DNA from: Vairimorpha necatrix
Lineage: Eukaryota
Length of the DNA stretch: 64,000 nt
Direction of reading: 5' to 3'
NCBI GenBank assembly: GCA_036630325.1
Contig: CP142734.1
Span: 682,001-746,000 of the forward strand
Shown: positions 21,811-34,224 of the stretch, piece after piece
Layout: each line of letters begins with the position of its first letter
Numbering within the stretch: the first letter of the stretch is position 1
The notes under the pieces: generated by a model
The model's input: the letters and a program-made list of their open reading frames with translations, nothing else
Databases searched by the model: none
What the model was told of the DNA's origin: nothing
Translations under genes and position numbers: made by a program

Positions 21811-22808
21811 CCCGTGGGCATGACAATATGGTTTACTGAAGAAGGGAAATGAAGGAAAGTTTAAGACGATTGAGGATGATGAGAAGAACAAGAAATCAAT
21901 ATAGAATTGAAGTTAGAAGTTAGGAAAACAACATGGTTGGCGTTGCTCTGAAGGAGAGGGAAATTTATTTTATACACGGACGCTTCTGACATAGAGAGTG
22001 GGGCGATTTTGACACAGATACAGGATGGAGAAGAGAAAATTGTTAGGTTTTTTTTAGTAAAGTTCATTAATGGGAAATGAACTATTCTGCTACAGAAAAG
22101 AAATGTTGAATGTAATTAAGGCATTGACAGAGTTAAGATCGGATTTAATTTGGATGAGTTTGAGCTTCGAACGGATCATAAGGCATTGCTGTGGTTGTTT
22201 TCGTTACGAAATATGAACGGAAGATTAGCAAGATGGTCATTACTGTTACAAGAATATGATTTTGAAATAAAACACATTAAAGGTGAAGAAAATCCAGCGG
22301 ATGTATTAAGTAGAACTGCTTGTATTGATGCAGTATTAGAGGTTTAGGAAGTGTCAGTAGAAAAGGGCTTTAAGAAACATGAGATGTTAGCGCATGGTTC
22401 AGCAAAGGCAGTTTGTTATGGTTTGAAAGGTGATTAAAGAGAGATATCAAAAGTAAAAGTAAGAGATATACTTAAGAATTGTGGGGTTTGTAAACAGATG
22501 GGCGTTTTAAAATTTAATAGATCAAATAATAGTATTCAATCATTAGGTACTTTTAAATTATGGGAGATTGATTTAATGGGTCCATTGAGATTGGTTTCAG
22601 AAGAAAACAAGTTTATTTTAACAATGAATGATCATTGGACAAGATGTTTGAGTGTGTAGGGGTGAAGGCAAAAGATATGGGAGTTATTGTTGAAGCAGTT
22701 GAACGATGCATATTGAAAAAATATGGCATACGGGGGAAGATTTTGTCGGATAACGGTAAAGAGTTCAGGAACAGAATTACGGCGGAATTGGCCAATAAGT
22801 ATGGATTT

Positions 22809-23109
22809 TGTAGTATTATAAATGCCACAAATTATTTATTTTTTATTTTATCAATTTTCCCTTTTTGGAATAGACCATTCGACCGGTCTATTCCAAAAAT
22901 CAAAATTATTTCCTTTTTGCCCCGACCCCCCACAAAATCATGAGACAAGATAAAGATCATTACCCTTGGAATCTACGACCAAGGAAGGGCCTCAGAGCCA
23001 GGGACCAGTATCCCATTACGGATGCCCTACGAGGCTTTAATCAACTAAATGAAGTAAAAAATCTAATCGAACTATATTTGTCCAGAGGTAGCTTCTCTGG
23101 ATTGCGTCA
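22809..23109 (+). repeat. Solo LTR in integrase
   Basis: TG...CA termini, TSD GATTT, homologous to 35950-36274. Confidence 0.9.
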
Positions 23110-23834
23110 GATTTAAATGGGGGTTTACATCTCCTTATTCTCCGAGAACTACAGGTTTAATAGAGAGATTCAATGGTACGTTCATTAGGAAGTTAAGGAA
23201 ATTGTGTAGATTCGGTTCGTTGGATTGAGGAGAGCAGCTAGAAAAAGCAAGACCAGGATATTTAAATTCATATCATAGAATCATAAAATGTACACCATTG
23301 GTAAAACGCATGATGGAACAGGAAGAGAACTTTTTGGAGCAATCGAAGGCGGGGAAAATTTTAGCTAAAGAAAGCAGGTTTATGAGTTAATGGTCCAAAC
23401 ACAAGGTGGGTGATTTTGTTATGTTTAATAATAAGTCAGTAAGTAGGGATAAATTAGATCCAAAATATACTCATAAGGGGAATTCTAGAGAAAATGTTCG
23501 AGTCAGCTAGACTGAAATTAAATGATGGAAGAGTAGTTGTTTCAAATGTAAGACAGTTAGAATTTTTTTGGTAAGGGGAGGGGGAAGCGTGGTATGTACC
23601 ATTCTGTAATATTTATTCCTTATTTTTTTTCTCAATTTAAATTAATGTTAACAGACAATAACAATAAATAGAGAATCAAATTGCATTGTTAATACTAACA
23701 ATGTTTTAGTTTTTTTTATTTTCTAAAATTCAATAAAATGTCACATTAACCAATGATATTTAACTAATTGTTTTTTGTTAATAAAGAAATTTTAATTAGT
23801 ATTGCTCTGAATTGATTTTTTTATTGTATTTTAG

Positions 23835-24939
23835 GGTGCATCTTTAGTAACGTGCCGGGATTTTGTTTTTTTTAAAAAATATTTTTTTACCCCTAAAATG
23901 GAAAACTTAGATTTAGAAACTCCGGCACGTTACTAAAGAAAAGCACAAAAATGAAACTTGTGTATATACAAAGGCTCTTCCATAACATTGACACCTGTTT
24001 AGAAGCTTTAATTGACTTAGAAGTGCTGAAGGAGCAAAAATCATGTTCCAAATGTGGATGTAACATGAGATTGGGTCCTGTCAAGAAAGAAATCGTTACA
24101 AGAGTAGCATATCGCTGCTTGAACTTAAATGCAGTGCGAGGCTGGCTGTTAATAAACCCAGCAAGGTCCCTCTTCAAACATTCTGTGACCTTGTATTTGG
24201 AATATTATGCAGATATTCTTACTTTCAGTTGATGGCAAGATTAGGCGTTTCAACAGCTACAATCTCTGCCGTAAAAAGCAGCCTCCGAAAGATCTATAAA
24301 GATATGCATAGAATTATAATCGGAGGACCCGGGCAAGTCGTTCAAGTAGATGAGTCTGTTATGTGCCGAGGGGGTAAAATAAGATCTCCTACCTCTTCGG
24401 ACGACTTTATAAGGGACACCGTTTGGATTTTGGGCATAATAGATGCTCAAAATCCTTCAAACTTCTACATTACGAGGGTAGAGAATAGAACCATTGAGTG
24501 CCTTACTGCTGCTCTAGAGGGAAGAATTGGTGTAGGTTCGGTTTTACATAGCGATGGTCATCCTAGTTATTCTGGGGTGTCAGAAAATTTATGTCTAAGT
24601 CATCAAGTTGTTAATCATTCTATAGGTTTTTTATCTCCTGATGGTATCCATACAAATAATATTGAGAACGTATGGTCTCAAATGAAGTCTGAAATGACCA
24701 AAGAACATGGAGTAAAACGGTCGGAGATAGATACATTGCTCGATGAATTTATGTATAGGAAATTTATGCTTCGAGAAGATGTTATGGTAGACTTCTATAA
24801 GGGTTTTGTTAATCTTTTATCTAAACTACTGAATTAAATAAGCATTTTTATATCGTTTTCATATTTTTATTCAAAATTTTGTTAAATTTTTTTCTGTAAG
24901 GGGGGGTGTTACCTTCCGGCACGTTACTAAAGATGCACC
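23835..24939 (+). mobile_element. Merlin transposon (copy B)
   Basis: TIR GGTGCATCTTTAGTAACGTGCCGG; ORFs 23951-24232 and 24229-24837; inverted near-identical copy of 7209-8316. Confidence 0.95.
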
Positions 24940-25221
24940 AAATAAATCATTTAAAAGAATAAATGAAGTTGTTGAAGATGCCGAGAAGAAAGTGCAAGAT
25001 TTTTATGTAAAATAATTCTGTTTATATTAATGGGTTATTATTCGAGGCTACTCTAAATACAGGTTCTGGAGCTTTCCCACTTTAGTCCCCCTTACATATA
25101 TAAATATCAATTTTTAAAAAATATCCCCTTTTTTCGAAAACCAAAATGGAAAAAAAGGAGGAGAAAAAAATAAAAAAAAAGTACCATATAAATAATCGAA
25201 TATACAAAAAAAATAAATATT

Positions 25222-26495
25222 TGTGGTATTTCTCAGTGGGACCTTCCCCGAGCTGAAAAAACTCTCTACTATATTTGTTATAGTTTTATAATTTTGTTTA
25301 ATATAAGTTTTGTAGGGCTAATGTCGGCTTTAGGAGAAAATTTTCGATATAGGGTTTTTTTGCCCCTTTTTTTCAAAAATGGAGGAGAAAAAATGTGGAG
25401 GAAGAAACAAAAATAAAAATGAAAACAATAAATTTATTAATGCTTCAAACACAGAACTAGAAGAATTTCTTTGAAGCATATACCTGAATAAATAAAGTTC
25501 CGCACTCCGAACTGATCTATTTCTATTTGGTATAGAATTTTTTAAAGATCGCCAATTACCTTCTATGGTATTGGTATGAACTCCAGTAAGTGGGTCTCTA
25601 AAGTGTAGAGAATGATTTACCATTAGATGTTGGTTAAATATTAAGCCTAAATTACGGTAGGCTCTCCACATATCGCCATAAATTATACTATTTCTGTCTA
25701 CATATTTTAACAAAAGATTAGTTAGCGTTATTTGGTCTCTTTTCTTAATATATATAAATATAATTCGGCGGTGTATGGTACGTTCGACCATACCAAAACA
25801 CCAGAAACCTTTCACAATTCTACCTCTATTATTCTTATTCTTGCCAATCTTTTCTCATCGATTTCCACTACTGTATTTTCACCGCCTATAACGCCAATAC
25901 TAGATAAATATTTTTCATAAATATCCAATTCTTTTAACTTTTTTAGTATAAATGACACAGATTCCGCTAAACAACCCAAAATTTGACAAATAGATTTACC
26001 GGATATCCTAGAATCCACATATTAAGTATTTGTAATACTGTAATATGGTTAAGTCTAGAATCTTGGAATAAAGTACCTTTCCATATTGAAACTGTTTTTT
26101 TACAAGTACTCCATTTACACTTCAAGATAAGTTTTTGTTTATTCTTTATTATCATCTGAGCATCACATAATTCACAATTCTTTATTTTATTTTTGGTTAT
26201 TAATGCATTATATATGTTTTCTAATTGCTCTCTTGTTTGAATTTTCTCCTCCATTTTTGAAAAAAATGGGCAAAAAAAACAAAAAAAACCCTATATCGAA
26301 AATTTTCTCCTAAAGCCGACATTAGCCGTTTTGTAGTTGCTAACATATTTATTGTTGTTTTTGTTGTTGTTCATTCTTCTTGAAATACTTGCCCCTAAAC
26401 GAATTATTTTTATTTATACAAAAATAATTTCTAGAAAATTCGTTGAGATTATTGACATCTCAATATGTCAATAATCTCATGTGGTTAATACCAAA
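25222..26495 (-). repeat. Solo LTR interrupted by a Merlin
   Basis: TGTGGTATT...AATACCAAA, TSD ATATT; 15-bp-stem hairpin at 26444-26479. Confidence 0.75.
25316..26327 (-). mobile_element. Merlin transposon
   Basis: Perfect ~40-bp TIR GGCTAATGTCGGCTTTAGGAGAAAATTTTCGATATAGGG, 9-bp TSD GTTTTGTAG, transposase in 3 frames 26254-25330. Confidence 0.95.
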
Positions 26496-27705
26496 ATATT
26501 GTCAATTTTATTATAAAAATGTAATTTATATTTTTTTAATTTATCATGTGCTTTATTTTTTCATTTAAAATTTTAATTTTACAAAAAATAATACTTAAAC
26601 AAAATCTTCTATAAATTCATTTGTTATACTTCTTTCAGACATTTATCATGATAAATGATTTTTTAGTAAACTTAGTAACACTGATAAAGAACCTTTTATT
26701 TTATACCCTATTTCATGCTTAACAATGAAGAAATACACGAAGCATATCATAAAATAAAAGAAAAACTGCGTTTAATAAAATGCTTTAATTGCGGGAAAGA
26801 AGTCAAAATAAGACAGCAAAAACCGAATGTCGTCAGATGCATTGGCAAAAAATGCCAAAAAGAGAGGAGTCTTTTTGCAAATACAATATTTGCAAAAACA
26901 CACATGGATCATATTGATATGTTAAAGATTCTGAACCTCTGGCTTACAAAAATCTCACCTCTTCACATTGCCAAATTGTTAGGTATTTCCTCTAGTGCAA
27001 TTTCGAGGTCCCTTCAGCAGTTTTTGTTGCACGAAATTTATCACAAATACATGGAAAAAGCAAAAGAAACACTAGGAGGTAAGGACATTATAGTTGAAAT
27101 TGACGAAAGCAAATTTGGAAAACGTAAATACGACGTTGGAAAAAAGTAGAAGGTATGTGGGCATTTGGGATGGTCTTACGGACTATAGAAAGAAAAATTT
27201 TATTTGTACCTGTCCCAAATAGATGCAAAAGTACATTACAAAATCTTATTTCCACATATATAAATAAACAATCAACAGTTATTCTGATATGTGGAAAGGA
27301 TATACGAAAATGGAATCTATAATTGCTAATCATTGTACAGTTAACCATAGTAAATGGTTTAAAGATCCTATTACTGGTGTTCATATCAACACCATAGAAG
27401 GTAATTGGTCTGCGGTAAAACGTCAAACACCACTAAGATGTAAAACAAAAACTTTAATTTCCCCTTATTTATTAAGATTTATGTTACTTAGAAACTCTAA
27501 AGACAATTATTATGATGTTTTATTAAATTTACTATTTTAAGTTTTTTCTTCTTCATTTTTTTCAATTTTGGTTTTCGAAAAAGGGATATATTTTAAAAAT
27601 TGATATTTATTTATGTAAGGGGGGACTAAAGTGGTTTTTGCCCAGGTTCTACCTAGAATTTTATATAGGAGGCAGTTAAAACAAAAAATAACCATCAGAA
27701 AATGA

Positions 27706-28991
27706 GGCCAATTTTCACTTTATCCCCCCTTACCAATAAAAATAAAGAATTTTTTATTTTTATCCCTGATTTTCGAAATTCAAAATGGAAAAAACGAGAA
27801 GGAGAAAAACTCGAAAAAAAATTAAGCAAATATAATTTATTAAATATGTTAAAGAATTATCTTTAAAATTTCTTAAAAGCATATATCTAGACAAATGTGG
27901 CAAAATTAGATTCTTAGTCCTACATCTAACAGGAGTTCGATGTTTAATTTCTGTCCAATTTCCTTCTATTGTATTAGTGTGTACCTTACTTATAGGATCT
28001 TTGAAAAAATTGCTATGGTTTACAGTGGCATGTTTCTTGATGTACTCTTCCATTTCAGAGTACCCTTTCCACATGTCAGAGTGCACTGTGGAATCCTTAT
28101 TAATATATATCATTATTAACTTTTTAAGTATTTCTTTCGATCTATTTGGAACAGGAAGTAAATTTATTCTCCTTTCTAGTATCTTTTCAACCATTATAAA
28201 AATCCAGACTCCTTCAACTTTATGACCTACGTTATATTTACGCTTCCCAAATTTACTTTCATCGATTTCGACTACTATATTCAGACCACCGACTATAGTT
28301 GTTGTTGTTTTTTTCATGTATTTTAAATAAGCTAGATTCAGTTTGAATTAACGAAGACATCTAGTAACAACACGTGGATTGATGTATAACAACTTGGCGA
28401 TAAGTATCGGCGGAAATTTTAGTCATCTATAAGTTTAGGATCTTTATCATTAAGATATGGTCTAGGTGCGTTTTGGCAAAAACTGAATTTTCAAAAAGAC
28501 TTCTTTCCTTTTGGCATTTTTTATTTATGCATCTTACAGCATTTTTCTTGTTTATCCTAAGTTTTATTTGATAAAAACATTTACTACATGGTTTTTGAAG
28601 TAGTTTGCATTTTATTGTTTCGTATAAATTAATAATTTCATCGTCATTTAACATAAGTAGGGCGTTTCTAAGAGCATTTATATAATAGATAGATAGTAAA
28701 TATAAAAATTATAAAACTTCAAAAATCAAATTTTAAACCATAATAAGGTTTTTGATAAATTAAAATTTTTCATTCAAATAATAAGGTTTGGAAGTTATAA
28801 TTGTAAAATATTATTGTTTAGAGACAAAATAAATACATAAAATTCTTAAGTCGTTTATGTAATGAACTTTTATTGCGACTTTTTTTCGAGTTTTTCTCCT
28901 TCTCGTTTTTTCCATTTTAAATTTCGAAAATCAGGGAAAAAATAAAAAATTCTGTATTTATATTTGTAAGGGGATAAAGTGAAAATGCTCC
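27706..28991 (-). mobile_element. Merlin transposon with ~110-bp TIRs
   Basis: TIR core ATTTTCACTTTATCCCC, TSD GAAAATGA/GAAATGA, ORFs 28427-28654 and 27760-28317. Confidence 0.88.
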
Positions 28992-29430
28992 GAAATGACT
29001 TTCAACACATGTTTGGATGAGCCTATTATCATCGAAAAGCATGTTTTTCTAGAAATTGAATACCGAGGAAATATTTTAAGAGAAAAGTTTTACATTTTAT
29101 CCAAAGTAGGGGCAGAGAAAATAATTGTTGGAAGAGAAACAATAAAAATTTTAGGGGAAGAAAAGAGTGTTAACCAAGCAGAAATAAAAACGAAAGAGGG
29201 TATTAAAGTTGTGGGAAAGATTTATGATTTGCCCTGAAAAATTGAGGCAGGGATTGATAAGCAGTAAACGAATTGTTAAAGAAAGGATATATTTCAGATT
29301 CTAAATCCACGTGGTTGAATAATATCAGACCAGTTATTAAACCAAATGGAAGCATTCGAGTTACAACTAATCTTGTTGTATTAAATAAATTAGTAGAGCA
29401 AGATCGATATTTTTTGCCCAATATAAATAC

Positions 29431-32400
29431 TGTCGTGGCCGATCAAATACTGGCCAATCATATTCTACACATGGACAGATTTGATTGGCTACAAAAAGTA
29501 TTTAAAAACATTTCCAAAGGGGGATGGAAAATGTAAATAAACTTATTGACATGGCGACAAAGCCAAAGAATGTCGAGTACTTCTCAGGAGAAGCAGTGAG
29601 GACATAACCACCTGGATAGGGAACATGATGTTGGTAGGCGAAGTTTCTAAATGGACCAATGAACAATTTAAGATTGCATTGGCCAGTAAGCTCAAAGGAA
29701 AAGCTTTATCGTGGGCTTCCCAAACATTAGGTGGGAAAATGGAAACAATGGGTGTGGACGAGGTAATCCAATTACTAAAGAAAAGAATTGGGTCACATAA
29801 AGACAACGATATAACACTGAGTAGGTTTCTTTTAATAACAGTCCCAGAGACTAAGAAAGATTATTCTCAAATGTTGAAGGAAGCAACGGTGATATTTGAG
29901 CGATTACTCATCAATTTAGATGCTCTATGCCAAATGGTCATAAGCAAATCGTCCATTGAGATAAAAGCCCTTCTATACCAGACTGCCACTACAGTTCAGA
30001 CTTGGCAAGGATTTATTCAGAAGGCCGTGGACATATCGTGGATTCCGTATACCGATAAGATGTTAGCGAGAACAAAGCTGAATGACAACGCGTGTAGAGG
30101 ACCCAGCACTTCAAATAACTACGAGGGAGGATTCAAAAAATAACCAATGAGAAACCGCAACGATATAACAATAAACGTTGTACACTTCATGGGGAATGTA
30201 ATAATTCCACAAGAGAGTGCAAAGCATTAACTATAATACTCAATAGAGAAAGAAACAATATTAAAAAAATATATATAAATTCACTAGAGAACTGTGAAAG
30301 GTAAGAAGAATCTACTACTAATAAAGGGAATGAATTTTATTTGCATCATATACCGAATAGTCATAATTCATTTTTTGTTCAAAGCTGTTTATTTAATAAA
30401 AATATGAAAGTACTACTGGATACCGGGGCCGATGTATCCGTCATAAACTACAAGGACATTCCGCCAAAAGAACGAAATAAGATTTTAGATATAATGGTGT
30501 CGTAAGAGGTTTAGGTAAGGAAATATTAAAAACAGAAGGCCATATGAAAGATTTGAAAATTGAAATTACGGAAAGGACGTGATTTTCTTACTATTGATAA
30601 TCAAAGATATAAAATATGTTATAATAGGAGCAAGTGTGATATGTAAAAATAGAAAATTGATTTTAGACATTATAAATACATCCAAAAATAGAATCAACCA
30701 AGTGTCAAGTTCCACATATGGCCCAGAAGAAAATAAAATTGTGAAAGAGTTCGAAGACGTTTTTAAAACAGAATTAAGCGACTATAACCTCCGCACAGCA
30801 GGTAAACACCGAATACTGACAAATAACCCTAAAATAATTTGTCAAAGAACGGCAGAATAACGGTATCTCAGGAAGAAGCAGTTAACGCAGAAATAAACAA
30901 ACTTTTAAAACTCGGGAAATTGAGGGAGAGCAGAAGCCCCCTTTGTAGCAGAATACTTATGGTACCTAAACCAGATAAAACGTGGAGAATGTGCTTAGAT
31001 TCCAGAGGACTAAATAGCATGACGGCCAAGGACGCATACATGACTCCCAGAGTAGACGAAATTTTCGATAGCTTATCAAATGCAACAATTTTCACTGTAC
31101 TTGACGCAACTAGCGGGTTTCATAAATCCCTTTACATGAAGAGGATAAAGAAAAGACAGCGTTCTCGTATAAAGGACAATTGTACAAATTTAATCGCATG
31201 CCATTCGGTCTTTGTAATGCCCTGCAACATTTCAAAGGGCGATGGACAATATATTTAGGAAAGAAAATGATAATTTTGTGATCCCATACTTGGATGACAT
31301 TATAATATATTCTAAAAACAGGGAAGAATATAAGAAACATGTTGAAATTATACTAGGGAAAATAAGAGCGGCAAATTTATCGCTAAATAAAAAAAAATAA
31401 TTTTATTATGTCCAAAAATAAAGATTTTAGGGAATGTCATAGGCAATGGAAAAATCAAGGTAGATGAAACACGAATCAAAGACATACTGGCGTATCCGAT
31501 CCCTACTACTTTGAAAGAATTAAGAAGCTTCTTAGGAATGGCATACTATTGCAGAGACTTTGTTTCAAAAATGGCGGAAGTCACAGGACCTCTGTACGAT
31601 TTACTCAAAGGCGGAAAGCAGACCTCCAATAAAAAGCTATCACTTACGGAGCAACAATTAAAAACATTTAAAAACGTCAAAATAGTATTAAGTCAAAATA
31701 CTATACGCGCACAGAGTAATTTTAATGCTCCATTCATACTTGTCACAGGCGCAATCGAAACAGGAATCTGAGCAGTCCTTCTACAAAAGAACAAAGGCGG
31801 AGCCGAAAAAAAAGATAGCTGCCTTTAGCAAGAGGCTAAACAATTGCCAGAAAATTACTCTGTAACAGATAAAGAACTCCTCGGTACGGTTAAAGGAATA
31901 GAGCATTTTAGACATTATCTTTTAGGAAGAAAATTTAAGCTTAGAACAGACCATAAGGCTTTAATCTACCTCTGGACAGTAAAGGATCCAACAAGTATGA
32001 TTCTCCGGTGGGCACTCAAATTAGCGGAGTACCAATTTGAATTAGAATATATAAAAGGGAGAATAACATAGCAGATGGTTTTAGTAGATTCCACCAAGAG
32101 TGTGAAACATGTGATATCAATACACATCAATTATCGGACAGTAACATTAATAATATACTTGAAGAGTATCATAAAATCTCAGGACACGGGTCGACGAACA
32201 CAATGAAATTTATGATTTCACAATCACATATGTGGAAAAACATGTGTTACCGCCAACACTTGCGGCACCAATAAAGGACTGAAACAAGATATTTCAAACG
32301 TTTCATCTCAACCTGAAACATGATTGTTTCGGGCTGAGAATAAAACTATATAAAAAAATTATATAAATAAATATTATGTCTCTTAAAAAGAATTCTTTTT

Positions 32401-33471
32401 CAAATACCAAGCCTCAGACTACCCCATCTTCGTTTTCAGGTAACAATATGTATTGAGACGTAGCTAATTTGTAAATAATTGTAAAACATGCTTACGCTCT
32501 GGATATCGACACATCAAAACAAAGAACAAAGTCATACTTTAAGAAAAACCAAATCAACTGTGAGAATTCGATCCTCTAGGAAAGCTTACCGACAATAGTG
32601 GAAGTGGCTACATACATGTAGAGATCGATCACTACTCTAAATGGATAGAAACCAAGATTTTGAGAAGCAAGAGGGGCTGTGAAATATACAAGGCAATCGA
32701 GGAATTAATTATTGGTAAGCACGGTATACCAGAAAGAATATTAACGGACAATGGTTTAGAGTTTGATAACTCAGAGGTACAAGCATTAGAGACAAGTATA
32801 ACATATCGTGGGAATTTTGTTCGCCGTATCATCATCAGACTACAGGCGCAGTGGAGAGGGCCATACAAACAATAACGAACAAAATTAAAAAACTATCTAA
32901 TTATGGAGAAATCAGCTGGAAAAAAATCGTTAAGGAAGCTACATTGTACACAAATCTGTAGTTTAATCGGCCAATGGGAACTTCGCTGTATATTTTAAGG
33001 TTCGGTCAACAAATAACAACAACTGTAGATGAGAGAATTGAGATTACCCCTACGACTTATTCGAAACAAGGGCTGTTACGTAAGCGGGACTCGAACTTCA
33101 AAAAGTACAGTAAATACACTGTCAAGGGAAAGAGAGACATCAAACAAAAATTTAGAATAGGAGAAGACGTTTTTGTTTACAGGGATTACCCAGGAAGTGG
33201 AAAATTAGAAGCTAAATGGTCACCTGGTTTTATTATTGTCGAAATTCTAAGTGAAGACGCATTTCTGGTAAAAAGAAAAAATTTAACGGGCGAATTGAGA
33301 GTTAACATAAGTCATATTAAGAAGGACTCGTCAAAGACTGATCGAGGGGGTGTCGTGGCCGATCAAATACTGGCCAATCATATTCTACAAATGGACAGAT
33401 TTGATTGGCTACAAAAAGTATTTAAAAACATTTCCAAAAGGGGATGGAAAATATAAATAAACTTATTGATA
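29431..33471 (+). mobile_element. Full-length decayed gypsy retrotransposon
   Basis: 121-bp LTRs 29431-29551 and 33351-33471, TSD AATAC, PBS TGGCGACAAAG, gag 29625-30143, LDTGA, YLDD, TDHKAL, TDNGLEF. Confidence 0.95.
32245..32445 (+). repeat. Solo LTR of the 57573-60090 family
   Basis: TGTTACC...GGTAACA, TSD ACATG/ATATG, reverse complement of 57573-57773. Confidence 0.9.
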
Positions 33472-34151
33472 AATACTATCTTAGTAAATTTAAAAATATG
33501 AAATATTTTAGTAAAATTGATTTAAAAGATGGTTTCTTCCAAATTCCATTGGCTAAAGAAGACAGGCACAAAACTGCTTTCCGTGCTAGACATAGATTAT
33601 ACGAATGGAATGTAATGCCCATGGGTTTTAGAAATGCCCCGGCCATATTTTCAAAGGCACATGGATAGAGTTTTGGCCGATGAAATAGGGAAATCATGTA
33701 TTGTTTACGTGGATGATATTTTGATTTTAGTAAAGATGAAACATAACATGAAGCAGTTTTTAGAAATATTGTCGATTTTTTAGAGAGAAACAAGTAGAGC
33801 CAAATGTAGAAAAGACAATCTATAAACAAGGAAAGATCGAATTCTTAGGCCATATAATCAGTCACAATAAAGTTTATCCAAAGAATTCTGTTACACGGGG
33901 CATTGACAATACGGCCACTTCCCATGTTAGAAAGCTATTACAAGAATTCTTGGGTCTTATTAATTATTGTCGAGCGCCCAACGAGCGACCGCGCCCAGTG
34001 CGCGACCGTATTTTTCCCCAATTTTTTAAACCTAACTACAATTTTTAACATTTGAAATTGGGTTATTTGTAATTTACAACTATGTATATATGTATATTAA
34101 CTATTTATGATTTATTCAACTAATTTTTTTTACTGACCCCTAAATAAATTT

Positions 34152-34224
34152 TAAACACGAAAGGATTCGAACCTACGACCTTCAAAATAACGGATGACCA
34201 TAACAACCACTGTGGCAAGCTGGT
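34152..34224 (-). promoter_or_regulatory. tRNA-derived Pol III A/B-box cassette inside Ginger copy A
   Basis: A-box-like TGCCACAGTGG and canonical B box GGTTCGAATCC at tRNA spacing; acceptor and anticodon stems do not pair. Confidence 0.6.

Larger units (their letters stand above)
17269..21825 (+). repeat. Solo LTR (~270 bp net) interrupted by a gypsy element and a Merlin
   Basis: TGTTATAGCC...GGCATGACA, TSD ATATG; removal restores the host RT frame. Confidence 0.8.
16999..23700 (+). mobile_element. Decayed gypsy pol (RT end, RNase H, integrase) plus PPT, multiply interrupted
   Basis: FLGLINYY at ~17200 joins GLLKKG at 21830; TDHKAL/ADVLSR 22150-22347; SDNGKEF; PPT GGGGAGGGGGAAG ~23575. Right boundary approximate. 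Confidence 0.75.
25068..27642 (+). mobile_element. Merlin transposon with ~90-bp TIRs
   Basis: TSD CAGGTTCT; TIR core CCACTTTAGTCCCCC; transposase 26715-27540 (VEIDESKFGKRKY, HINTIEGNW). Confidence 0.9.
24940..33967 (+). mobile_element. Gypsy gag end/PR/RT, in four pieces (24940-25067, 27643-27705, 28992-29430, 33472-33967)
   Basis: TLNTGS protease, GSIRVTTNL, KIDLKDGF, YVDD; pieces rejoin across the TSDs of nested inserts. Confidence 0.8.

Noticed and set aside
34152-34224. Functional tRNA gene (also 38111-38183)
   Set aside because: Acceptor and anticodon stems do not pair; reported as a tRNA-derived cassette only
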